A stretch of 64,000 nucleotides of DNA from a virus: positions 1 through 64,000 of the IMG/VR virus record IMGVR_UViG_3300008107_000014. One strand, 5' to 3'. The position numbers and the translations under genes were made by a program. Under the pieces are notes generated by a model that did not search any database, was not told the origin of the DNA, and saw only the letters and a list, made by a program, of their open reading frames with translations. Below, in pieces: positions 1-8,415 of this stretch. The stretch's first letter is position 1; each line of letters starts with the position of its first letter.

Positions 1-2236
1 CTGCTCCGGCGCTATTACTAGTGCCTCCACCGCCCCCGCTACCACCGCCACCAAACTTGCTACCGCTTGGCATTTTAAATTCTGGGACATTAAATGCACC
101 CTTAATATCACCATTCGCTAGCTGTTTTCGATCATTTGCACGTTCTACTTCTTTAGCTTTTTTATCATCTTCAATGGCTTTGATATTAGCTGCCCTAACT
201 CGATCGCGTTCTTCTGCTCTTGCATCTCTGTCTTTTTGTTTTGCTTCGAGTTCTTCTTTTTCTGCTTTAATCTGTTCTCTTGCAGCAGTGATACCATCTC
301 CGCCACCAAAGAATTTGGCAATTTTTTCAGCAATACTTAACCATATATCAACATAATCTAAACCAAACGCAATAAATTTATCACGTAGCCATGCCATCTT
401 ATCGCCTAGCATTTCCATAATAGAACCAAAGGTCCATCCGTTGTCCCGTAGTGCTTTAAACAGAGCAACTACCACAACGATTGCTGCGGTAATTGGTAAG
501 AATGATGCTGCAACTGCAAGCCCTGTAGCAATATACTGTGCCATGTTTGTTAACAATACAGGTATCATAGATAAGAAAGTAGGAATCAAAGTTGCACCAA
601 TGACTGTAGCAACACCTGCTAATACAGGAAGCCAATTATCTACTAAAAAATTTCGAATACTAAGGAATACCGGTAATACATTTTCTTGAATCATTTTACC
701 TAGCCAAGTAAATGCCGGTGTTAGATATTCAATAACTGTCTTCGCAGCAGCTAACAAATTATCAACCAAGTACACAAATGCCGGTATAATTAAATCAGTT
801 ATAACTGCCGCTGCAAACATAACAGCAGGTACTAGATATTCTTGAAAAATTGGAATTACATATTTTTGTACTACTTCGATAAGCATGTTCATCATACTCA
901 TCATTGAATTTAAAACACCGCTGGCATTAGCTAAAACCATTTGAAAAGTATTGCTAATTTCAGCAAGACTCTGTTTCATTGATTCCATAGCAGCAGCTTG
1001 ACCGTCAGTAGTTTTTGTAGCATCGTTTTGAGCTTTTGCTCCGTCTACCAATGCATTCTTGCCAATTCCAGCAGCAGCAGTGAACATATTTGTTTGTTTG
1101 GCAAAGTCTGCACTATATCTACCAATATCTTTAAATTGAGAATTGGCTGCTTTACCTTCTTCGGCTAAAAGATTGTTTAATTTGTTTCTTTCTTCTAAGC
1201 TAATCTGTTCTCCACGTTGCGTCTTTTGAGCAAAGTCTGCCATCATAGCGGCTGATTTTGGCATCATGGACATGAAACGTTGACTTTCTTCAGTGGTTGC
1301 AGAACCAGTGGCCATGATATCTTTAGCTACATCTCTTAAAGGTCCGGGCAATCCAGTGACTGTATTTCTAAACGATTTTGCAACGTCTTCACTCATTCCT
1401 GCCATGGCTGCTTGATATTGCGCATCGGCAGCTAGTTTAGCTTGAGCATCTTCTTGTTGTTTTCTGGACTCTCCAGTTACTTTTGCTAACAAGTCCATTT
1501 CTTTTAGGTACGATTTAGTTCCTTGTACTAATTGAGCGTTTGTCATATTAGTATTCTTACCTCCTTGCATTGCAAGTTTGGTATAGTTTGCTAATCCTTG
1601 ATTAACGTCTTCTGTAGAATATCCAAGGTTATATAAATCTTTACTTGTTGCTCTTAATGTTTTTGTGATATCAGCAAATCGCTTCCCACCGGCTTCTGTG
1701 TTACCACCTAAAAATCTAAGAGCTTCTCCGTTTTTGCTTACCAATGATGCAAAGTCTTTCATCGTCATGCCTGCATTGCTTGCAGCTCCGGCAAATGCAT
1801 TTATACTTCCACCAAAAGTTGCTCCGCTTTGTGCTGCGCCTTGATATGCCGCTGTTGTATTTTCAACAGCTTTGGCAACTGCTGCAAACACTGTGCCCAT
1901 AATAGGTATCTTATCAAATACAGCAGCAGCGCCGGAAAGACTGTCACCCATATTAGCAAGTCTATCGATTACTCCAACTACTCCGTTGCTAAAGTTAACG
2001 ATTGTCTTAGCAGCAGTTCCTAATGATCTTCCAAATTGATTAGCTGCATTGCCGGCAGCACTCATTCCACCGGCGGCTCCCCCTCCAGATCCGCCGCCAC
2101 CTCCACCACCTCCACCGCCGGCTGTATTCCGCTGAACTCCTGTCATTGCTTTAAGGATTGCTTGAAGTGTGGCTTCAGAAGCAGCGTTTTTCGCTTCTAC
2201 GTTGCCTACACCAGGAATGTCAATTGTTACAGCCAT
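1..2236 (-). CDS. Tape measure-like tail protein (runs off the left edge of the window)
   Basis: Absent from the ORF track because its stop lies outside the window. Manual translation from ATG 2236 gives MAVTIDIPGVGNVEAKNAASEATLQAILKAM..., then a long Ala/Gly/Met-rich helical region, a hydrophobic W/P-periodic stretch (WLPVLAGVATVIGATLIPTFL) and a charged coiled coil. A TAAATA late-type motif lies upstream. Confidence 0.7.
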   Translation of the reverse strand, partial: MAVTIDIPGVGNVEAKNAASEATLQAILKAMTGVQRNTAGGGGGGGGGGSGGGAAGGMSAAGNAANQFGRSLGTAAKTIVNFSNGVVGVIDRLANMGDSLSGAAAVFDKIPIMGTVFAAVAKAVENTTAAYQGAAQSGATFGGSINAFAGAASNAGMTMKDFASLVSKNGEALRFLGGNTEAGGKRFADITKTLRATSKDLYNLGYSTEDVNQGLANYTKLAMQGGKNTNMTNAQLVQGTKSYLKEMDLLAKVTGESRKQQEDAQAKLAADAQYQAAMAGMSEDVAKSFRNTVTGLPGPLRDVAKDIMATGSATTEESQRFMSMMPKSAAMMADFAQKTQRGEQISLEERNKLNNLLAEEGKAANSQFKDIGRYSADFAKQTNMFTAAAGIGKNALVDGAKAQNDATKTTDGQAAAMESMKQSLAEISNTFQMVLANASGVLNSMMSMMNMLIEVVQKYVIPIFQEYLVPAVMFAAAVITDLIIPAFVYLVDNLLAAAKTVIEYLTPAFTWLGKMIQENVLPVFLSIRNFLVDNWLPVLAGVATVIGATLIPTFLSMIPVLLTNMAQYIATGLAVAASFLPITAAIVVVVALFKALRDNGWTFGSIMEMLGDKMAWLRDKFIAFGLDYVDIWLSIAEKIAKFFGGGDGITAAREQIKAEKEELEAKQKDRDARAEERDRVRAANIKAIEDDKKAKEVERANDRKQLANGDIKGAFNVPEFKMPSGSKFGGGGSGGGGGTSNSAGA

Positions 2237-2263
2237 TATGTTTTTCCAAGAAAAGTGCGCAGA

Positions 2264-2287
2264 TAAATACTCTGCTTATATTATTTA
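2264..2287. promoter_or_regulatory. Pair of divergent T4-late-type TAAATA promoter motifs
   Basis: TAAATA at 2264-2269 (+, towards the gp26-like gene) and TATTTA at 2282-2287 (-, towards the tape measure gene). Confidence 0.6.
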
Positions 2288-2299
2288 TCGGAGATAAAA

Positions 2300-3163
2300 A
2301 TGGCAGAAATGCAGAATACAGAAATAAAAGGTACTAACCCGTTAACCCAGTACTTTAGACAACCAAAGATTTGGATCAAACTTCCGTCGGGTGGAAAATT
2401 TTATCCCAATAATGCGTTGGATCACAGTGCTAATGACGAATACCCTGTGTTTGCCATGACCGCTAAAGACGAATTATTATTTAAAACACCAGATGCATTA
2501 CTCAGCGGACAGTCAACAGTTGAAGTTATAAAGAGCTGCATCCCGGCAATTAGAGAACCATGGATGATGCCAAGCATTGATGTTGATGCTGCATTAATTG
2601 CTATTAGATTAGCTACCTACGGTGAAAATATGGAAGTAACAGTTACATGTCCTAGCTGTAAAGAAGACAACGATTACACTATGAATCTACGTGTATGGCT
2701 TGGACAATTTGATAACTTTGAGTACGACGACAGCGTTGACGTTGATCCGTTAACTATTAAAATTAGACCGTATTCATATAGAGAGATTACCAAGGCAAGT
2801 CTTCAAACACTAGAACAACAAAAATTAGTACAAATTGCTACCGACGACACTATTTCAGATGATGAAAAGATTGATAGATTTCAAAAGGGATTTATCAAAC
2901 TTACCGATCTAACTGTAGATCTTATTGCAGGATGCATTACTAGAATTGAAACTCCAGACGGCATTGTATCTGATTTAAAACAAATTAAAGAGTTTATTGA
3001 TAATGCGCCTAAAGATATTTTTGATAAAGTGCATAAACATGTTTCTAAAATTAAACATGAAATCGATCTTAAGCCGCAGGATATGAAGTGTGCTCACTGT
3101 GAGGCAGAGTTCACAACTCCAATCACAATGGATCAATCAAATTTTTTCGCGGTAAGGTCTTAA
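2300..3163 (+). CDS. gp26: Baseplate hub / tail assembly chaperone, T4 gp26-like
   Basis: LPSGGKFY, MTAKDEL, IR.ATYGE..EVTVTCPSC, second CAHC zinc pair and C-terminal NFF; adjacent to the tape measure gene. Confidence 0.75.
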   Translation: MAEMQNTEIKGTNPLTQYFRQPKIWIKLPSGGKFYPNNALDHSANDEYPVFAMTAKDELLFKTPDALLSGQSTVEVIKSCIPAIREPWMMPSIDVDAALIAIRLATYGENMEVTVTCPSCKEDNDYTMNLRVWLGQFDNFEYDDSVDVDPLTIKIRPYSYREITKASLQTLEQQKLVQIATDDTISDDEKIDRFQKGFIKLTDLTVDLIAGCITRIETPDGIVSDLKQIKEFIDNAPKDIFDKVHKHVSKIKHEIDLKPQDMKCAHCEAEFTTPITMDQSNFFAVRS

Positions 3164-3221
3164 GTCTTTCTGAGTCGGAGATCTTACTGTATGCGGACCA
3201 ATTGGACCGCCAGGCTCAGGA
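3139..3221 (+). other. Candidate programmed -1 ribosomal frameshift signal (slippery heptamer plus H-type pseudoknot)
   Basis: A_AAT_TTT at 3139-3145 in phase with the gp26 frame; stem 1 pairs 3152-3161 with 3178-3187; loop 3168-3176 pairs with 3213-3221. Confidence 0.7.
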
Positions 3222-3375
3222 TATTAAAAAGGATGTACTAAAAATGTGTTGGTACATGCGAGGAATGTCTTACAACGAAGGCATGCACATGAGTTATGAC
3301 GAAAGGCAAATCGTTGGAGAGATAATAAAAGATAATCTTGAAACAACTAAGAAAACAGGGTTACCGTTCTTTTAA
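3139..3375 (+). CDS. -1 frame extension of the gp26-like gene (gp51-like / lambda GT-like chaperone segment)
   Basis: Open -1 frame KFFRGKVLSLSESEILLYADQLDRQAQDIKKDVLKMCWYMRGMSYNEGMHMSYDERQIVGEIIKDNLETTKKTGLPFF*. First ATG is at 3244. Its stop overlaps the stop of the convergent gene at 3372-3374. Confidence 0.7.
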   Translation, partial: KFFRGKVLSLSESEILLYADQLDRQAQDIKKDVLKMCWYMRGMSYNEGMHMSYDERQIVGEIIKDNLETTKKTGLPFF

Positions 3376-3818
3376 AGTTCGGTAACTAGTTCTTTAATTA
3401 GTACTACTTCTTTACCTTCTAGCTGTTTCCCAGCTAGAATTTTTTTGACTGCAATTTTATATTCTGGTTGAGACATTTTCTCAGAATATGCTTTGCTCAG
3501 AGACTGTTGTAAAATTACTTTGTCCGGTGCATACAATGGTGCTGATCTCAAATAATCAGCAAGTACTTTTTTAAATTCTTCAATTTCTTTTGGATTATAC
3601 TTTGATTTAACTTCACCGGAATCTTTTTCGTCTTGATAAAATGGTTTTAATGCAGGATCAAAATCCTTGGCAAACATTCCGCCAAACTTAGCAGCGCCCT
3701 TGAGTGCAGCACCAACGACACCGTTGCCTTGAGATGCTGTCTTAACAGCATCACCGGCCATCTTGGTTATATCGTCTTGCGTCTTATAGGCGTTGGGATT
3801 AAATTCGTAGAATTTCAC
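3372..3818 (-). CDS. Hypothetical protein, possible internal virion protein
   Basis: 148 aa; N-terminus MKFYEF resembles that of the upstream gene; ATGA overlap with that gene. Confidence 0.6.
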   Translation of the reverse strand: MKFYEFNPNAYKTQDDITKMAGDAVKTASQGNGVVGAALKGAAKFGGMFAKDFDPALKPFYQDEKDSGEVKSKYNPKEIEEFKKVLADYLRSAPLYAPDKVILQQSLSKAYSEKMSQPEYKIAVKKILAGKQLEGKEVVLIKELVTEL

Positions 3819-5455
3819 TTTAGGCTGATCCGTTTAAGCATGGTCATTACTTTTGTAGTTGTTGCAGGATCTGCTGCAACTAGAGCAACAAATGCTTGAC
3901 CACAAGCTGTCATTTGTGTACGATTAAGTTCTTTACCTTGTTTAATTGCAGTAACAGCCTGTGTTAATACTCGAGCATCTACACCCGGTAACAGGCTTGC
4001 TAGTTCGTTAACATTCAATGTGCCTTTCACATCGCCTTCTTCGCCGTCTTGTCCAGTAAATCCTGCTTTCAGTCCTGCCATGAAGCCGCCGCCACTACCA
4101 CCGGCTTGTTGTTGGCCGCCTTGTGCTGCTCCGCCGCTAGCCTGTTGACCACCTGCACCACCGGCTTGTTGCTGCCCTTGTGCTTGTTGGCCACCTGCGC
4201 CAATGCCTGCTCTAGCTGCATCCTGTGCTGCTGCTAGAAAAATCTTTGATAGTTGACCTCTGCTCAGTGCTTCTAGCAGTGCATTATACTCTTGTTCTAA
4301 TGATTCACCATAGCTAGGCTGGACATTGCGTTCCCACTCTGCATCACCTTGTGCTCCTGCCGCTTTCTTTTTCTTTTGTTTAGGAGGTACTGGATTCTGT
4401 TGTGGTTCCTGCGGTTTCATTGTAACTGGATTAGATCCCATTTGTGTTTTAACAAACTGGTCTAATGCACTGCTAGTACTGTTTGCACCGTTAGCTGGTT
4501 GACCTGCTCTCTTTGCTCTTTTAGCAATTGCCCCTGGAGTTTGACTTGGTCCGGCACCTGCAACTCTACCACCACCCTGTGGACGATTGCCTGCGGGTTG
4601 TGTTGGTGCTGCACTGCCGTCCGGTGCAGGTTCAGCTGCTGGCTCAGTTGCTGTTGCATTAGCTGCTGGAGCTGCTTGTTGTCCAACCGTACTACGTGGG
4701 TCAGTGGTGCTAGGAACTCCGCCTTGCACTCCCGGAGCAACAGGCGTACCTGGTTTATTTGTCATAGTTGTTGGATCAAACGTACCGCCTGTGCTAATAG
4801 TTTGTTTTCCACCAGCTGTTTGATTATTAAAATTAGGTTTTGCTGCTCCTGCTGCTTTATCCGCAGCATCGGATGCATCTCTATCAGCTTGAGTTTTAAA
4901 TGGCTCTCCAGTATTACCGTCAAATCCAAAACCAGTGCCGCCGGCCTTTGGACTAGCACCCGGTGTTCGTGCTGCTGTCCCTGCATCAGCTGCTGGCTTT
5001 TCAGCGCCTGCTTGTGGTTGTTCTGCACCAGAGGCTGCTGGATCTTTTGTTGCATCGGCACCGGCAGCTGTTTTTTTAGCTGCATCGCCGGCGGCTGCTG
5101 GTTCGTCCATGGTAGGTTCAATACGTTTTGGACTTCCGCCACCGGCTGCATTATCAACTGCACCCTTAGTATCTCCACCAGACTGAGCCATGATAGCTTC
5201 TGCACCCTTTGTAGGAATGCCCTTTGACTTTAGAAACTGAATAACATTTTCGGGCTCTGCTTGATCACCTGTTTGCCCTAGGTAGCTCTTAAATTCAGAG
5301 TATAACTGATTAGCCATGGTACCAGTTTGTAACTTACCAGCAGCAGTTGAGCTAACCTTAGATAGTGAAGTTAATCCAAAAGTTTTTAACGCACCCATTG
5401 GTGCTTCAGTTAAGTTATTTGTATTTTCGTTTTTATTGAATTCGTTAAATTTCAT
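3815..5455 (-). CDS. Low-complexity Ala/Gly/Gln/Pro-rich protein, probable internal virion protein
   Basis: 546 aa; MKFNEF...LTE-A N-terminus; long disordered centre; TAAATA at 5484-5489 on the minus strand. Confidence 0.6.
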   Translation of the reverse strand: MKFNEFNKNENTNNLTEAPMGALKTFGLTSLSKVSSTAAGKLQTGTMANQLYSEFKSYLGQTGDQAEPENVIQFLKSKGIPTKGAEAIMAQSGGDTKGAVDNAAGGGSPKRIEPTMDEPAAAGDAAKKTAAGADATKDPAASGAEQPQAGAEKPAADAGTAARTPGASPKAGGTGFGFDGNTGEPFKTQADRDASDAADKAAGAAKPNFNNQTAGGKQTISTGGTFDPTTMTNKPGTPVAPGVQGGVPSTTDPRSTVGQQAAPAANATATEPAAEPAPDGSAAPTQPAGNRPQGGGRVAGAGPSQTPGAIAKRAKRAGQPANGANSTSSALDQFVKTQMGSNPVTMKPQEPQQNPVPPKQKKKKAAGAQGDAEWERNVQPSYGESLEQEYNALLEALSRGQLSKIFLAAAQDAARAGIGAGGQQAQGQQQAGGAGGQQASGGAAQGGQQQAGGSGGGFMAGLKAGFTGQDGEEGDVKGTLNVNELASLLPGVDARVLTQAVTAIKQGKELNRTQMTACGQAFVALVAADPATTTKVMTMLKRISLK

Positions 5456-5489
5456 AGCGATGCATTATCCTAATATCGTAGTGTATTTA

Positions 5490-5978
5490 TTAGAACGAAG
5501 CGATGCTTCGTCATTCGTATTTGCTTCGCAAACACTCATATTTTTCTTCTTCTTAATAATAGAAGCAGTGTTATGTGCGAAGCACTTTAAATATTATCTA
5601 GATTCGTCAGTCACAATTGCCCGTTTGCACGGGCAAAAAAATGTAAAAAACATTATCTGAGTTCTTACAGTCACTAGCGTTATAGCATTACTAAGGCGGT
5701 TGTCCGGTACCTCTAGCTACGTTCTTGTCCTTGCGGAAACAACGGCAGTTTATATAATATACGCTAACATAATATATAAACCTGGGATATTTCTTCCCTC
5801 ATTGGGCTCTATTAAATTATTTTCAAACAGCAAAACCGCGGCAGTTGCGATCTACGTCCTGTAAAGGATAGTTGCTGAGTGCTCTTGGCGGCAAGAGACT
5901 TCCGTCCGGGTGTAGTTAAACCCCTTTTCCTAGGCGCCCGATATTAGCTGGCGCTTGCTTTAAACCGCGTTATTTTGC
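5490..5978 (-). ncRNA. Candidate large structured non-coding RNA (alternatively a structured DNA cis element)
   Basis: Only large gap in an otherwise fully coded window. Contains more than 10 hairpins, two GCAA tetraloop stems on the minus strand, nested long-range helices and a duplicated 22-23 nt motif. Confidence 0.55.
5593..5674. repeat. Imperfect direct repeat ATTATCT..TTC..CAGTCAC x2 flanking a hairpin and A-tracts
   Basis: attatctagattcgtcagtcac (5593-5614) and attatctgagttcttacagtcac (5652-5674), with hairpin ttgcccgt-ttgc-acgggcaa at 5617-5636. Confidence 0.7.
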
Positions 5979-6416
5979 CTAGATTTGTTGAAGTTTGATA
6001 ATATGCGAACCGTGTACACGTACTTGAATATGACCATTATAATAGTCATTTGTTTCTAAAACCTTACGTGCAAATTGCTCACGAGCCTCGATGTAGCTGC
6101 ATTCTGATTTGGATTTACAGTAAAAAAGTATTTCTCTGGTGAAGTTTTCTGCGCCTAGTGCCACAACATCTTTGGTTAGTTCAGGGCTAGAACCGTAATA
6201 TTCTTGCCAGTCACTGTCAATTTTGCTGCGGATTTTCTTCTTTTTCTTTGTGCCGTTTTTAAGTTTTACTGTTTTATAGGTGGTTTTGCTGAATTTGGCT
6301 AATTTTTTGCCTATGTATTTGCGCCCAGAGAAATTATTTGTGATAAGATAGACAAAGCCGATACAATCTTCTGGTAGTTCTGTGATAATTGTATTCTTGT
6401 ATAGCCATGTCATCAC
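5979..6416 (-). CDS. Stand-alone GIY-YIG endonuclease (catalytic domain only)
   Basis: GFVYLITNNFSGRKYIGKK motif, YYGSS, conserved Glu (YIEAREQ), C-terminal YYN, and a Lys-rich insert. Confidence 0.8.
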   Translation of the reverse strand: MMTWLYKNTIITELPEDCIGFVYLITNNFSGRKYIGKKLAKFSKTTYKTVKLKNGTKKKKKIRSKIDSDWQEYYGSSPELTKDVVALGAENFTREILFYCKSKSECSYIEAREQFARKVLETNDYYNGHIQVRVHGSHIIKLQQI

Positions 6417-6643
6417 GTAGTTATCTTGGGGGGTCTGCCTAGTATTCCTTTTCTGGCCTCTTTTCTTGCCTTTTGTTTATCTTGTATTTCGTTGCGCCTT
6501 GTGCTTGCTTCGTTGCGAATTTCGCTGAGCCAATATCTTGCCTTAATTCCTGCCTCTTTTGATTTCTTATACTCAAACCGATCCTGCCACTTAAAATATT
6601 GCTGAAAAGCATAGATCATTTTGTCGTGGCTGTCTGAGCTCAT
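6413..6643 (-). CDS. Small basic hypothetical protein
   Basis: 76 aa ORF overlapping both neighbours by 4 nt. Confidence 0.65.
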   Translation of the reverse strand: MSSDSHDKMIYAFQQYFKWQDRFEYKKSKEAGIKARYWLSEIRNEASTRRNEIQDKQKARKEARKGILGRPPKITT

Positions 6644-8415
6644 ACAATATCTACATCGTTTGCATAGCTAGTGAAGCCGTTTTCTTTGACAACACGTAGC
6701 ACTTGATTAACACGATTTGTTAAATCGTCTCTATGACTAATTAAGAAAATGTTTTTATCACGTTCACGGGCCATCTTTTTAAGGATAGCAATTGAACTTT
6801 CAACTCCGCTAGCATCCATGCCGCTGTCTACTAACTCGTCAATAAACAGTAAATTAATACCTTGATACAAGTTTTCCCAAACATCACGGAAAGAAAAACT
6901 TAGACTTAGAATCAAACGATTACGCTCGCCTCTAGATAAGTTATCAAAGTCTAGATCCTGCCCAAGCTGTGTGATCAAAACTGTTAAATCGTTTTGAAAT
7001 TTAACTTGATGCGGTAATCCGATCCGATCTAGATAGTAAGTTAATCGATTGTTTAAGAAACTTAGATTTTGATCGATGATCTTTTTGCGAATAAATGAAT
7101 CTTTGTTAGTCAGCAGCTTTAACAAGAACTCTTGATGGTCTTTTAATCTTGTTAAGTTATTAATATTATCCCAATCAATGACCTGTACTGCTGTATTTTT
7201 AAGTTCGTCTACTTGATCTTGATAAGGATCTGCTTCTGCGGCTTTTGCCTTAGCATCTTTTTCTAAATTATCAAGAGTGTTTTTATGATTTAATGCTTGT
7301 TCTAAAGTATCGTAGGTAACTTTAGGACAATCTGCTAGTGGCCCTAGTAAAGTTAATGCTTCTTTAAACTCTGCAAGTTCTTGTTCAAAGCCTGCAACTG
7401 CTTGACTGCTTTCGTTGCGTTGTGTTTGTTTAGCAGAAACCATTGTTTCGTGCTTCTCGTCATGCACATCTTGTCCACAACTATGGCACTTGTGTTCTGC
7501 AAGCAATAAAATTTCTTGATCTAGCTTGTCTAAAACACGTTGTTCTTTATCTAATGTAGTTTGTTGTCTAGCAATCAATGAAGTAATGCTGTCTACATCT
7601 TTACGATGCTTGTTCCACTCAATTAATGCACGTTGATCTGCAATCTCTTTATCGATGTCAATGCTTTGCATTGTCTTGATGTCTTTGTTTAGACGTGCAA
7701 CAGCTTCACTATTAGTCTGCAACCATAGTTTTTGCTTGCGTTCAAGTGAGTCGATGCTAAGTTGAATCTTGTCGTTGCTTACTTTGATTGTTTCAATCTT
7801 GGTATTTTCTTGTGAGATAAGATCTTTGTTGATACGGATGCCTTCTTTAAGTGCATCTGCTTTCTCACTAAGGATAGTAATACCTAATAGCTGTTCGATG
7901 ATAGCACGTTGATCTGCTGCCTTCATAGACAAGAATGGTTCGGTGTATGTGTTCAACGCAAGAATATGTTTGAACATATCATGTGTCATTCCGAATACTT
8001 CTTCAATTGCTTTCTGCGTTTCACGTGAATCGCCTTGGCTTTCGTCTTGATCTTGTGCTTTTAATTCTAAACCGTTGATTGTAAACTTCAATAAGTTGGG
8101 TTTACGACCGCGTTCAATCTTATAATCGATGCCGTCCTTTTCAAAGCTCATAGTAACTAGCATGGCTTTGCTGTTGATCTTATTAACTAAGTTGTCTTTC
8201 TTAATGTTTGTTAATGCATTGCCGTAGATAGCATAGCTAAGACCGTTAATAATAGTAGTCTTACCGGTGCCGTTGCGTGATCCGCTGCCATCTCCGCCTA
8301 GGTCTAAGTTCTCACCTAGTACTAAAGTTAAATGTCCTTTGTCAAAACTAACAGCCTGGGTTTGATTACCCACGCTCATAAAGTTCTTAACAGTTAAATT
8401 CTTAATTTTGATCAT
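6640..8415 (-). CDS. gp46: Recombination endonuclease ATPase subunit (Rad50/SbcC-like)
   Basis: Walker A NGTGKTT, zinc hook CHSC, signature LSRGE, Walker B LFIDE, H-loop ISH, coiled coil. Confidence 0.95.
   Translation of the reverse strand: MIKIKNLTVKNFMSVGNQTQAVSFDKGHLTLVLGENLDLGGDGSGSRNGTGKTTIINGLSYAIYGNALTNIKKDNLVNKINSKAMLVTMSFEKDGIDYKIERGRKPNLLKFTINGLELKAQDQDESQGDSRETQKAIEEVFGMTHDMFKHILALNTYTEPFLSMKAADQRAIIEQLLGITILSEKADALKEGIRINKDLISQENTKIETIKVSNDKIQLSIDSLERKQKLWLQTNSEAVARLNKDIKTMQSIDIDKEIADQRALIEWNKHRKDVDSITSLIARQQTTLDKEQRVLDKLDQEILLLAEHKCHSCGQDVHDEKHETMVSAKQTQRNESSQAVAGFEQELAEFKEALTLLGPLADCPKVTYDTLEQALNHKNTLDNLEKDAKAKAAEADPYQDQVDELKNTAVQVIDWDNINNLTRLKDHQEFLLKLLTNKDSFIRKKIIDQNLSFLNNRLTYYLDRIGLPHQVKFQNDLTVLITQLGQDLDFDNLSRGERNRLILSLSFSFRDVWENLYQGINLLFIDELVDSGMDASGVESSIAILKKMARERDKNIFLISHRDDLTNRVNQVLRVVKENGFTSYANDVDIV

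Noticed and set aside
21-2266. Short plus-strand ORFs (21-356, 441-689, 1829-2023, 2036-2266)
   Set aside because: Antisense shadows of the minus-strand tape measure gene.
5617-5641. Rho-independent terminator
   Set aside because: The hairpin is followed by As on the plus strand and preceded, not followed, by Us on the minus strand.
4049-5660. Cys-rich and Ala-rich overlapping ORFs, including 5316-5660 reaching into the non-coding gap
   Set aside because: Alternative-frame or antisense products of the low-complexity 3815-5455 gene, with no SD or recognisable motifs.
5593-5674. Mini CRISPR or TIGR-like array
   Set aside because: Only two imperfect copies, the intervening sequence is itself a hairpin, and no cas or Nop-domain gene is present.
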